A stretch of DNA of 64,000 nucleotides, taken from positions 62,001-126,000 of the forward strand of contig JBODTK010000157.1 in assembly GCA_050613775.1 (NCBI GenBank), written 5' to 3'. The notes under the pieces are model-generated. The model worked only from the letters and a program-made list of their open reading frames with translations, did no database searches and was not told the origin of the DNA. Shown piece by piece: positions 14,224 through 27,663 of this stretch. The stretch comes from Neocallimastix sp. 'constans' (taxonomy: Eukaryota). A program made the position numbers and the translations under genes. Positions within the stretch are counted from its first letter, which is position 1. Each line of letters begins with the position of its first letter.

Positions 14224-14600
14224 TAGACCGGGATTAATGAGAGGGGAGGACAAAAGAGCCTCTAGTCTCTTTTTTAAACGTATAAGATACTCATTGAATT
14301 CATTGCTATACCATTTCGACGTTGACTAATATGGAAAGACATTCCTTATACTCCTGCTTTATACGACTTTGAGGGAGGAATAACTACACTAATCCTCTCA
14401 CAGATCAAGTGCTCTTTCTGAACTAGCAATTATATTATCTAGCAACAGGAATACTTACTATGACAAGCGAACATCCTACTTAATTTATAGGGGAAAAAAA
14501 AACACCCTGATGAGGATGAAAATCGCTCCATTTAAGCTCAGGAGATAGTCGCGGAGTCCAGAAACTTTATATATGTTAGTCCCTAGTACCAGTATAGTTA
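14224..14600. repeat. Dispersed GC-richer repeat, copy 1 (unclassified)
   Basis: 14327-14549 aligns with 18483-18699 (aaagacattccttata, ctttatacgactttga, aactacactaat, caacaggaata, aggagatagt). Confidence 0.75.
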
Positions 14601-14930
14601 TAAATTATATATAATATGTACATGTATAATTTAATACCTATGTAATAAGGCTTGAATAACTTTGTAAACAAGTGTATAATGTTAACAAATGCATTTCATG
14701 TATTACAAAACATATTATATCCTTTGAGTTACTATATTTGATTTATACTATATAACAACATGTAATAATACCATTAATAAATAATGTCGTTTATTAATAA
14801 AATTTATCATTGAAAACTTTTTTTTCTATTAAAATCAAATTCATACAGTAAATAATGTAGTAGTCACATGATTGATAATATTGAATTGAATGATGATATG
14901 ACTTTTATGTGCAATAATTTTATAAGCAGT

Positions 14931-14966
<36 letters not shown>

Positions 14967-15304
14967 AATGTTTGTTTAGTAAAATTTATTAATAAAATTA
15001 TAATATTTCGTACATTTAAAATAATAATTCTAATTTCCAAAATTTCTCTAGTTCTAATATAAATAATTTAATCTATTTATAAGTAATAGGTAATATATTA
15101 ATTATATATTCTAATATATAGAACAATATTAATTTTATATGAATTAAAGTATAATTATTATAATTATAATAACATATTGAAATAAAATAAAATAAAATAA
15201 TTATTATCAAGAAGATATAAATTTAATATTTAATAATTATTATTAAATATACAAATATGTTACTACACATATTTGCTTTACATCAATTATTAATTTACTA
15301 GTGT

Positions 15305-16002
15305 AAATATTTATATATTATTCTGTTAATAATTATCTTTTAATTAAATAGCTAATTAAATAGCAATTTACATTAGCCAATATGATATATTTTTATTTGA
15401 AAATTTTAATATTAAATTGGTTTCTTAAATTTTTATAATATTAATATTAATATTATTTTATTTTATATTCATATTAAAAATTAATCTTGTATTATTAATT
15501 ATTTTATATAAATACTAGTTTAAATCGTATAATTTTTTAAATAATCCTTTGTAGGATTATTGCCATAATATTTTATTTATATTAGAATTGAATTATTATT
15601 ATGCTAGTAAATATTTATTAGTTAATTATATATTATTCTGTCAATTATTATCTTTTAATTAAATAGTAATTTACATTAGCTAATATGATATATTTTATTT
15701 GAATATTTTATATTAAATTGGTTTCTTAAATTTTTATATTTTCATTATTAATATTATTTTAATTTAAATTCATACTAAAAATTAATATTGTATTATTAAT
15801 TATTTTATATAAATACTAGTTTAAATTGTTTAATCTTTTATATAATCCTTTGTTTGGATTATTATCATAATATTTTATTTATAATAAAGATTTTTATGTT
15901 TTCTAAAATTTTATATTATTAATATTAAATTTAATATTATTTTATTTTATATTCATATTAAAAATTGATATTGTATTATTAATTATTTTATATAAATAAT
16001 AG
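15305..16002. repeat. Degenerate ~310-bp tandem duplication (2 copies plus a partial third)
   Basis: atttacattagc..., attaaattggtttcttaaattttt and tataaatactagtttaaat recur about 310 bp apart. Confidence 0.8.
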
Positions 16003-16550
16003 TTTAATATTGATATCATAAAATTTTATATATTAAAATCATTATTATATAAAATACTATGATATTAATCCTACAAAGAATAATTCAATTGATTAAACGA
16101 TTTAAATAAAGGTTCCAGAAAAAAATATATATATATAACAACAATATGGTTTTTATGCTAGAATATATCAAATACTATATCAAAATAAAAACCTAAAAAT
16201 ACCTCTATTATTTCATTCAACTTCACTCATTGACTACGTTACGCTCATTCTCGACTGATCTCGAACTCTACGCAGTCGCAAGCTTTGTGCTCGAGTCTCA
16301 CTCGTCTTCATTCGTTTCATTTCGTTTAACCATTCGTTTGTTTCATTCATAATTATCAGTATTTTTAGGTTTTTATTTTGATATAGTATTTGATATATTT
16401 TAGCATAAAAACCATATTGTTGTTATATATATATATATTTTTTTCCAGAACCTTTATTTCAATCGTTTAATCAATTGAATAGGATTATTGTCATAGTATT
16501 TTATATAATAATGATTTTAACATATAAAATTTTAAGATATCAATATTAAA
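16003..16550. repeat. Long palindrome: ~200-bp inverted arms around a 156-bp structured core
   Basis: Arms 16003-16202 and 16359-16550 are reverse complements (e.g. aacaacaatatggtttttatgcta / tagcataaaaaccatattgttgtt). Confidence 0.92.
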
Positions 16551-16814
16551 GTTATATTAATAATAATATTATTATTTTATATTCATATTAAAAATTAATA
16601 TTTTATAAATTAATTTATATAATTACTTATTTAAAACTTTTTGTAAAACCTGAAGAATAGCCATAAAATGCAACTGAAATGGTATAAAACTTAAAACAGT
16701 TAACCATAAAAGTATAAATATAAACAAGAAAGGACTGGTATAAAACCATAAAAGTATCTGATCTGTAATACGTATTAAATTTGAATATTTATTTAAATAT
16801 TATTTAATATAATA

Positions 16815-17600
16815 AAAGTTCAAACGTTTAACATTACACAAAATAAAAATTTGTTTTAATTTTTATTATAAGCCATTCAAAAAAAAAAAAAAAAAAAAAG
16901 TTGAACTTTTTTATAATAAATAGATCACGTGTCATATATAATGATATGCGGGACTCTTATGTGCAATAATTTATAAGCAGTGGGTTTTAAATAATGGTAG
17001 TTTAGTAAATTTTATTAATAAAATTATAATATTCCTACAATTAAAATAATAATTCTAATTCCTAAAATTTTACAAGAGAGTTCTCTATTTCTAATATAAA
17101 TAATTTAATTTATAAGAAATAGGTAATATATAAATTATATATTCTAAAATATAGAAATATATAAATTTTATATGAAATAAAGTATTATAATTATTATAAT
17201 TATAATAATACATATTGAAATAAAATAAAATAAAATAATTATTATCAAAAAGATATAAATTTAATATTTAATAATTATTATTAAATATACAAATATGTTA
17301 CTACACATATTTGTTTTATATCAATAATATATAAACAGGTGTAGTTTTTGTATAAATATAGTATCAAACAGCATCATTCAACCAAACTGCAAACCAGTAT
17401 CAGTTTGATAACAGTTTACGCAATATCGACATATATCAACGGTTTAGCTCAAACCTGCATATATTAACAGTTTAGTACAATAGCTCAATTAAATGTTTAA
17501 TCGTAATAGTTTATATATGAATGTTTATGCGCAATAGTTCAACTTTTTTTTTTTTTTTTTAAATGGCTTATAAAAAAAAATTTAACCAAATTTGAACTTT
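16815..17600. mobile_element. MITE/foldback-like unit with terminal inverted repeats enclosing a duplicate of 14902-15290
   Basis: aaagttcaaa...tataagccatt-An-gttgaact versus agttcaac-Tn-aatggcttata...tttgaacttt. Confidence 0.55.
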
Positions 17601-17837
17601 GAAAATTAGAATTCAAATTTGGTTTAATTTTTTTTATTTATATTATCCTTATATGACAAGTGAATACTAATAATTAGACTTTTTATAATTAGTTTTATTA
17701 TTACTATTATTACTATTATTATTATTATTACTATTATTATTGTTATTATCCATTGGAGAACAAAAAATTCCATATAAATGAAGTTTATAAAAAAAAAAAA
17801 AAACATTATTTTTTTTTTATTACTATTATTACTATTC

Positions 17838-17884
<47 letters not shown>

Positions 17885-18454
17885 GTTATTATCCATTGGA
17901 GAACAAAAAAATTCCATATAAATGAAGTTTATAAAAAAAAAAAAAACTTTATTTTTTTTTTTTTTAATAAGATATAATATATAATTAAAAAAGGATAAAT
18001 GAAACTTAAATAATTATATAATTATATAAACTATTATATATTATAATTAAAAAAATCATTAATTAAAAAAAAAAAAAAAAAAAGAATTAAAATAACCAAA
18101 ATACAAAAACATTAATTAGAAAAAAAGAATTTTTTTGATTGGATAAAAAATATTTATAAAAATTAAAATATATAAGGTTAAAAAAAAAATGAAAGAAAAA
18201 TTATTCAAAATATTTATTATTTTTTAATTATTAATAAATTATTTGCTTTTGCTTTTGCTTTTACTTTTGCTTTATTAAAATGTTTTTTTTTTTTTTTTTT
18301 AATTAAATAATAAATTTTATGTTTTATAAACTTCATTTATATTTATATGGAATTTTTTTTTCTGTAAATTATTCAAAATATTTATTATTTTTTAATTATT
18401 TATTATTTTCATAAAAATAACTATATTATTATATAATTTAATATTCATTCAATT

Positions 18455-18700
18455 TGGTAGAGGTCCTCTCTCTAAGCAAGGCTAATATGAAAAAGACATT
18501 CCTTATATTTCCACTTTATACGACTTTGATCCATTATCGAGTGAGGAACAACTACACTAATTCTCTTAGACTATATGATTGCTAATGAAGAGAGTACTTG
18601 ATCTCTAACAACAGGAATAATTATCAGAGCGAATATCCAACTTCATTTATAGTGAAAAACCTTGAGGGAGAAAACTACCTTTTAAATTTAGGAGATAGTA
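18455..18700. repeat. Dispersed GC-richer repeat, copy 2 (more decayed)
   Basis: See 14224-14600. Confidence 0.75.
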
Positions 18701-18827
18701 TTTATATACTTATCAGAAATTAATAAATAAATTAATATAATTTTATCTTTGTTAAATTTTATCTTAATTAAATTTTATCTTTATTAAATTATATTTTTCA
18801 TTTTTAATATTTTAACTATTATTATTA

Positions 18828-18865
<38 letters not shown>

Positions 18866-19099
18866 TTAATTATTCAATTTTTTCATTAAATTATATTTTT
18901 CATTAAATTATATTTTTCATATAATATTTCAATTATTATTATTATTATTATTATTATTTTTTTTTTTAAAAAAAAGCTATTTTGATTATTATTTTTTGTA
19001 TTAATAAAATATTCTTTTAACTTTGAATCACTTTTTTTTTTTTTTTTATAATGTATGAAATATTTAAAATATATTATATATTAAGCTTTAATAATTTTT

Positions 19100-19144
<45 letters not shown>

Positions 19145-19286
19145 TCTACTTTGTATAAAAAGTGAAAATTTTAAATATTTAAATAGTAATTTTATGATTA
19201 ATAATTTTTTTATTTTTTGTTCAGTGACTGTGACTTTTTTTTAAAAAAAAAAATGATTCATTCATTAACCGTTTTTTTTTCTTTTT

Positions 19287-19325
<39 letters not shown>

Positions 19326-19346
19326 CAATAATAATATAAAATAAAG

Positions 19347-19379
<33 letters not shown>

Positions 19380-20704
19380 AATTATATATCAAGAAAAAAA
19401 AATTTTTTTTTTTTTCAGTACTATAAATATATATATATATATAAAATACAAATAAAACACATATAAATAATAAATAAAAGGTAAATAATCGGACTGTTTA
19501 TGTCATAAATAAACTCCCTTGGATAATTACTGTTTGGGAGAAACTTTATTTTATTTTATATTCTTAATTTTTATTTAGACTTTTATCTATTAATAACTCT
19601 CTCTTAGTTATTTTACAATGCTTTAGTTCTTAAAACTTCTTTAAACTCTTTAAAATGGTTTATTAATTTCTTTTACATTAAGTATTATTTTATATTATAA
19701 TTACTAGTTTTAAAGTTATTTATATTTTAAAATAGAAAATATTTAACTTTGTTATAGTAATATAATTAATATATTATAAAGTAATTCATAATAAAAAAAT
19801 GAAAGGTATATTAGATATAATAATTTTTAAATATTTAAAATAAAATGTTAATTATAAAATAAATGTTAATTTTTTTCATACTTTTATGTTAAAATGTGAT
19901 TCATACTTAACAGCAATTTATTATCAGCCACAATTGTTAATTTATGATTGCTAAGAATCAAAATTCACTACAAATTAATTATTAGTAAAATATATAAAAT
20001 AAGAATAAGAATATTAATAATTTCTAGTCACATGAATAAATATTTTATACTCTTTTAATATATAAATAAAATATTTACTTAAATTCTGATTAGTCACGAA
20101 ATTTTTTTTTCTTTTTAAATTGATTATAAATAATGGCGATGTATATTAATATATATTACTAGCTAACATATATTGAATAATTAATTTAATATAAATTAAT
20201 ATTAAAAAGCTATAATAATTATATTTATCATTAATACTTTAGAGTTAATAATTTTTATTAACAATAGTATTTAAGAATATAAAAAAATAACTGTACTATG
20301 AAAATAAAAAGGAATCTCCATATATAATAATAGTAATATTTTTTTTTATTATATAATCATTACAATAAATAATATTATTAGTATTATTATGAATATTGTT
20401 TATACTATTTCTATTACTATTCTTATAATTAGTACTATTAGTATTATTACTACTACTATTATTATTTATGTAACACTCTAAATTATACTAAAACTTGAAG
20501 TAATTCCAATTTTACTTAATTAAGGGGTAACAAAAATAACATGTGTCGGAAATTTCCAAAAAAAAAAAAAAATTATATATATATAAAATAAAACAATGAT
20601 AAAAAAATTAACCTTCTGTTTTGTACTTTATTGTAGCTATTATAATTTACTGGAATAATAATAATAATAATAAATAATAAATAATAAATAATAAATAATA
20701 ATAA

Positions 20705-20780
<76 letters not shown>

Positions 20781-21632
20781 AATAATAATATTGGAATTTC
20801 AGTTTTTTTTCTTTTTTTCCTAATGTATTATACTTAATACTTTTTTTTTTTATATATATAATATAATGTTACATCCATATTTTTGGGTTTAAAAAAAATG
20901 GTTAATTTTTTATTATTAATAATTTTTTTTTTTTATTTTTCCATTCATATTAAGAATAAACTTTAATTATAAGTTAATTTGGTTAATCAATTTATTTATG
21001 TATATTAAATTAGAAATATTATTAAATATTTGCACATTTATATTACAAATATATTAAATTAATTGTATAAATATTAATTATATATGTATATTACAAGTAT
21101 TATATTATATTAAATTTTATTATTAATTAAGGTTTTAATTTTTTCATATCCTTTTTTTTTTTATTTTTTTTACAAAAAAAAAATTTTTTTTTATCACAAA
21201 CTGATGTAATATAAAAAATTTAAATAAAAAAAAAGGAGGTTGGTTAAGGTTTTAATAAAACGGTTAAAAAAAATTAATTAAAATTTTTTTTTTTTTTTTT
21301 TTTTAAAAAATTATAATATTATTATTTTTAATTATATGATTCCTTTTTTATTATTATTATTATTATGATATATTAAAGTTGAATTATCTTTTTACCGTTG
21401 TTTTAATTTATTTATTTTGAATATATTAAAATAAAATAAAATAAATAATAAATAATAAATAATAATAAATAATAAATAATAAATAATAAATAATTAAATA
21501 ATTGAATAATAAATAATTAAATAATTGAATAATAAATAATTAAATAATAAATAATAAATAATTATGTAAATATATATTTTTTTAATCTTTTATTTTTTTA
21601 ATATATATAAATTTTATAAAATTTTAAATCAT

Positions 21633-21704
21633 ATAAAAGATGAAATTTCTTTCTTTTTTTTTTTATTCCTCAATTAATAATTTTAATAAACCTTTTGATA
21701 AGGA
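21633..21704 (+). promoter_or_regulatory. Putative GH1 promoter/5' motif, copy 2
   Basis: TATAAAAG..., T-tract, CCTTTTGATAAGGA at 21691-21704. Confidence 0.55.
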
Positions 21705-21853
21705 AGAAAAATTTAAAAAATTATTAATAGTTATAGATATATTTAATAGAGTAATTAATTAAAAAATTAATATCATAAAAAAAAAATATATATAAAAATT
21801 AAATAAAAAAAATAATAGAATAAAATAAATTAAATAATTTAAAAAAAAAAAAA

Positions 21854-23812
21854 ATGAAGACTCTTACTATTTTCACTACTTTATTAGCTGTTTCTGCTGC
21901 TAAGAAATGCGTTGTTAAGGAACCAGCCAACGCTGCTGAAGTTGCCGATGTTGCTTCTGAAGCTGAAACTGAAGCTGCCGTCGTTTCTGATGATGAAACT
22001 AAACCAATTGAAGATGATGAAGATTCTGCTGATGAACCAGAAAAGAAGGGAAAACTCCCATCTGACTTCAAATGGGGTGCTGCTACTGCTGCTTACCAAG
22101 TTGAAGGTGCCTGGAATGTAGATGGTCGTGGTGAATCTGTCTGGGATCACTTCACTCACCTCTACCCAAAGAACGTTGAATCTGGTGACAGATCTAACAA
22201 AGATTCCACTAACGGTAATGTTGCTTGTGATTCTTACCACAAGTTCGATGAAGATGTTAAGATGATGAAAATCATGAACGCTAATCACTACCGTTTCTCC
22301 ATCTCTTGGTCTCGTCTTTTCCCAAAAGGTGTAGCTAAGAAGGTTAATGGTAAATGGGAAGTTAACGAAAAGGGTGTTGAATACTATGATATGGTTATTA
22401 ACACTCTTCTTGAAAACAACATTACTCCACTCGCTACTCTTTACCACTGGGATATGCCATATGCTCTTCATGAGAAGTATGGTGGTTGGTTAGATTACCG
22501 TTCTCAATTCGATTTCGCCAACTACGCTGAATTCTGTTTCGAACACTTTGGTGATCGTGTTAAGGGATGGATTACCATTAATGAACCATGGGTTAACTGT
22601 GTTAGTGGTTACAAGAATGGTCCAGGTAAAGCTCCATACAGATGTACTGGTGAAGCTCCACGTAAGCTTGCCAATGACACCACTGGTCTTGATTTAGAAG
22701 GAGGTTGTTCCTATGAAATTGGTCCAACTAAGTACACTAAGGATTCTGAAGAACTTCCAGCTAATCGTCCACCACAAAAGTTAGAAGATGTCTGGTGTTC
22801 TCACAACATTCTTCTTGGTCACGCTCAAGCTGTCAAGGTTTACCGTGAAAAGTTCCAAAAGAAGCAAAAGGGTCTCATTGGTATTACCATTGATGGTGAA
22901 GCTCAAATTCCATATGAAGAAGCTGGTATGAGTGAAGAAGAATATGAAAACAACAAGAAGTACGCTAACTTAGCTGCTGAATTCCGTATTGGTTGGTACT
23001 CTGATCCAGTTATTTTCGGTGATTACCCAGAATCCGTTAAGCAAAGAAATGGTAAGGATTTACCAGAATTCACAGCTGAAGAAAAGAAGTTATTAAAGGG
23101 ATCTTCCTCTGACTTCTTAGGTTGGAACACTTATACTTCTCACTGGGCTGCTCAAGTCAAGAATGAAGATGGTAGCTATGTTGAACCACCAAGTGATGAA
23201 GAAGCTAGCTACGATAACTCTAAGAGAGATATGTGGGATGATAACTGTAAGGGACGTGGAGATGGTTGGACTTGTATTCCACCAACTCTTGGTTCTCAAG
23301 CTGGTTCATCCTGGAACACCAAGTATGGTCCAACTATTCGTGTTGGTCTTAACTGGTTCTCTAAGCGTTATGAAGGTCTCATCAAGAATGGTATCATTAT
23401 TACCGAAAACGGTTGTGCCCAACCAAACTACAAGGTTAGCCGTGCCAATGATCAAGTTACTCTTGATTACTGGAAGTCTATTGGTAAGGAAGAATATGCC
23501 GATACCTATGATGAAGACATTATTGAAGATGAAAAGAATCTTGATGGTACTCTTATCCACGATACTTACCGTATTGACTGGTACAAGCAATACCTTGAAA
23601 ACCTTCGTCTTGCTTATGTCGAAGATGGTGTTGATGTTCGTGGTTACATGGCCTGGTCTTTAGTTGATAACTTCGAATGGGAAAATGGTTATGAAACTCG
23701 TTTCGGTATGAGTTACATTGACTTCTACAATGACAAGGAATTAAAGCGTGTTCCAAAGGATTCTCTTACCTTCCTTGGTCAATGGTACTTAGAAAATGTT
23801 GAACAAGAGTAA
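21854..23812 (+). CDS. bglA: GH1 beta-glucosidase, copy 2
   Basis: Same 652-aa protein; private variants CVVK, CVSG and DKELK. Confidence 0.96.
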   Translation: MKTLTIFTTLLAVSAAKKCVVKEPANAAEVADVASEAETEAAVVSDDETKPIEDDEDSADEPEKKGKLPSDFKWGAATAAYQVEGAWNVDGRGESVWDHFTHLYPKNVESGDRSNKDSTNGNVACDSYHKFDEDVKMMKIMNANHYRFSISWSRLFPKGVAKKVNGKWEVNEKGVEYYDMVINTLLENNITPLATLYHWDMPYALHEKYGGWLDYRSQFDFANYAEFCFEHFGDRVKGWITINEPWVNCVSGYKNGPGKAPYRCTGEAPRKLANDTTGLDLEGGCSYEIGPTKYTKDSEELPANRPPQKLEDVWCSHNILLGHAQAVKVYREKFQKKQKGLIGITIDGEAQIPYEEAGMSEEEYENNKKYANLAAEFRIGWYSDPVIFGDYPESVKQRNGKDLPEFTAEEKKLLKGSSSDFLGWNTYTSHWAAQVKNEDGSYVEPPSDEEASYDNSKRDMWDDNCKGRGDGWTCIPPTLGSQAGSSWNTKYGPTIRVGLNWFSKRYEGLIKNGIIITENGCAQPNYKVSRANDQVTLDYWKSIGKEEYADTYDEDIIEDEKNLDGTLIHDTYRIDWYKQYLENLRLAYVEDGVDVRGYMAWSLVDNFEWENGYETRFGMSYIDFYNDKELKRVPKDSLTFLGQWYLENVEQE

Positions 23813-24635
23813 ATTAATATATTAAATATATAAAAAGCTGATTTAAATGACAACTTTAATTATTTAATATATTAAAGTTGATCTAAATGACAACAAAAAA
23901 ATTTAGTATGGTCTTTTATAATACTTATAGTTCAAAAAAATAATTAAAAATAGAAATTTTTTTTTTTTTTTATTAAAATATAATTTATAGTAAATTATTA
24001 CTTAAATTATAAAAATATAATAACAAAATATAAAAAAATTAAATAAAATATAATAAATAAAAGAAAATATAAATATAATAGTTTGTGAGTATCGTGTATC
24101 ATAAATAAATTTTAGTGTATATTATTATATTAATATTTGTTAATTTTCATTTAAAATTAAAAATTAAATTTTACCAGTATAAATATTGTTAAAGAAAAAA
24201 AATTTTTTTCATAATGTTGATATATTTTAATATAAATTATTATAATGTATAATTGTAAAATTTTAATTTATATTGTACTATTCTAATAATATAATACAAT
24301 GATAAAGAATATGAAGATCAAAAATTTCATAAAATTCTTTATAACTAATATTTAGTGATTTAATTTTATATTTTTAATTTTTTTAAAAAAAAAATATTAA
24401 TGTATATATAATACATATATAGTATAAATTGGAAAATGAAATTATTTTTAAAGTAGGAATATTAACAATTATTAATTTTATGATAAAACTAAAATAAAAT
24501 GATGTAGTGACTAAGACATCAATAGTTTTTATTTTATTTTATTTTTTTTTTTTTATTAAAAAAAATATATATATATTATTAATAGTTCTTTTGTTTTAAA
24601 TATTAAAAATCTAAAACAATAAAATTAAAAATATT

Positions 24636-25260
24636 GCAATTAGAAGTGGTTGAGTTTTTGATGATTGTCCTAAATTCTGCACTTGCTGTGGTAAAGGTGA
24701 GCAATCTTTTATTCATTGAATATTTAAATGCTCTACCTTTTCTCTGTGACAATGATTTATTCATTTAATTTGCCGATAAAGTAAGGAAATCTTTCCTTAC
24801 TTCCTTCTTATTCTAATATTTTAGAATATGAAAATTTCATTAACAGATATATTTATATTTTCCTTCTTGGTGGAATTTCAGCTTTAGATGATCTACAATT
24901 CGATGCCGGGGAACAGAGACATTTATGTGAACAACTATTAAAAAATTCACAGGGGTCTACTGTTCCGTATATTATGGGTCTTGTTGGAATATCTTGTTAA
25001 TACAATGCTAATTATCAGTAGCTCTCTTGAGTTACTTTTTGAGAAGTTTAACAAAAAACACTATCATTACCAAGAGTGCCGACATCGTACCGATATGACA
25101 TAGGAATAGTGCAGTTAGAAGTCCCATTAATTTTCATCAATATATATTAACTAACAGCACTGTTCCGAACACAGAACCTATAGTAAGTAATTCAACTTTT
25201 TTGATGATCTTTCTTGGAGTTTAGGGGAGAGTTTAGTGGATACCACACTATCTATTTTAA
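24636..25260 (+). mobile_element. LINE 3'-end fragment (third lineage)
   Basis: Translates AIRSG*VFDDCPKFCTCCGKGEQSFIH*IFKC, later FLLGG and STVPYI, paralleling CPNFCPCC, FLLGG and SDTPFL in family A. Confidence 0.75.
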
Positions 25261-27532
25261 AGATGTTAACTTCTTTGTTATATTATTTTAGATTTAACTA
25301 GTGATCATGTTACTACACATAGTATACATCACACCAAAATTTTTATTAACTTTTGAACTTATTTTTATTCTTTATTACATTAAATTTTCTTTGATTAGTT
25401 AAAATTTGTTTATGTTTAATTTTTTTTTTTTTTTGTTTTACTTAATCTTTTACATACATTTTATTTATTTTTTTATCTTTTAATTATATAATGTATTTTT
25501 TTTATTAAATATAATACATTAAAATATATTAATCTAATTAATAAAGCATTGGAAGTGTATTCTCTTCCTAGTCTTAAAATATATATATATATATATGTAT
25601 AGTATAAATTGGAATATGAAATTATATTTAAAGTAGGAATAATAACCATTATTAATTTTATGATAAAACTAAATTATTTGAAAGGCTAAAATAAATAAAA
25701 TTATAAATAAAATGATGTAGTGATTAAGACATCAATAGTTTTTATTTTATTTTTTTTAAAAAAAAAAAATTATTAACAGTTCTTTTGTTTTAAATGTTAA
25801 AAATTTAAAACAATAAAATTAATACATCATTGATATTATAATATATAATTATAATATTATTAAAACAAAAATTATATAATTAATTAATATAAATAAGAAC
25901 AATAAAATATAAAAATATAATTATTGTATAATAATGAAAAAAATAAAATTAATAATAATAATAAATTTAATAATTAATAAATATAATAAATTATAATTAA
26001 CAATAATAGTAAATAGTATTTATATATATTATATTACAATTAATAATTTATAAATAATAAATAATAAATTATAAATAATAAATAATAAATAATAAATAAT
26101 ATAAATAATAATAATAAATAATAAATAATAAATAATAATAATAAATAATAAATAATAAATAATAAATAATAAATAATAAATAATAAATAATAAATAATAA
26201 TAAATTATTAAAAATTATTATAAATAAATGATTGTTTTATTTATATAAATATATCAATAATATTCATTAATAATTAATAAATTAGGAAAATTTTTAAATC
26301 TTAGTTAATAATAAAATTGAAAAATAAAGTTTAATAAAAAAAAAAAGAACTATTTATAATATTGAAAAATAATAAAATTTTATTTTTATTAATTTTTAGA
26401 GTTTGTTGTTTTTTTATTTTAATTTAACTACAAGGTTTTGTGTAATAAAAAAGGAATATAAAAGTATTAAAGATGCAAAGTAAAAAATAGGCTCTAAGAT
26501 AAGGTATATATATAGTAATGTCAAAGGATATATAAAATGGATAAAAGAGTTTTTTTATTTTAACTTTTAATATAAAAATTCCTTTTTCTATTTTAATTGT
26601 ATTTTTTTAGAAATTACTATTATTATTAAAAATTATTACTGCAAAAAATTAATTTTTTTTTCCAGACATTAATTTTGAATAACAAAATATAATTAAATTT
26701 ATAAAAAAATAAAAAAAAAAAAAAAAACTTTTTTTGTATAATACTTCATATATATTTAGATAAAATAATATTTAAAAATAAAATATTACTGAATATATTA
26801 ATTTTTTTTTATAATTTTTATTGTATTTATATTTACATTTATTTTTATATTCATAATATTTATTGTCTTAATATTTTAAGAGAAAAAAATATGAAAAAAT
26901 ATTTAAATAAAAAATGGTAAATATATGGAGTATTACTATTGAGAAAATAATATAATTTATTTTAATAGAACATTTAATAATAATAATAATAATAATTATA
27001 ATAATAATAATTGAAATGAATAATGAATAGTTATAATATTTTTAATAATTTTAATATTTTTTTTTTTAAATAATAAAATGAAATACTAATATTATTAGGA
27101 ATTAAAAAGTCAATATATTTTTTTTTAATCAAAAAATATTATAGAAATTAATAAAAATAATGTCAAAGAATATTTTTTTTAGTCGTGGTAGTTATAACAT
27201 TTTAATCCAGATTATATAATTAAATAATTTCAACTAAAAAAGAAAATTAGATTTGTTTGGAAGAATTTGCATAGTTTACAAAACAAAGATGATTAAAATA
27301 AAATAAAAAATAAATAATAATAAAAAAAAAAAAAAAAGAATTAAATTATTGTTAACTGAATTAATTGCAATACTATATATAAATATTTAAAAGAAATAAA
27401 AAAAAATTTAAAAAATTAAAAAATAAAAACAAGATTAACAATAAAATAAAATTACAATAAAATTAAAATTGAAAATAAAATTATAAAAAAATAAATAAAT
27501 AAATAAAAGAAAGAAAAAAATATTTATTTATT

Positions 27533-27586
<54 letters not shown>

Positions 27587-27591
27587 TATAA

Positions 27592-27622
<31 letters not shown>

Positions 27623-27630
27623 TATTTATA

Positions 27631-27663
<33 letters not shown>

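Noticed and set aside
14505..14590. Hammerhead ribozyme (CTGATGA...GAAAC...GTC)
   Set aside because: Helix I cannot form next to the core, helix II/GAAA spacing is off, and the second copy of the repeat does not keep CTGATGA.
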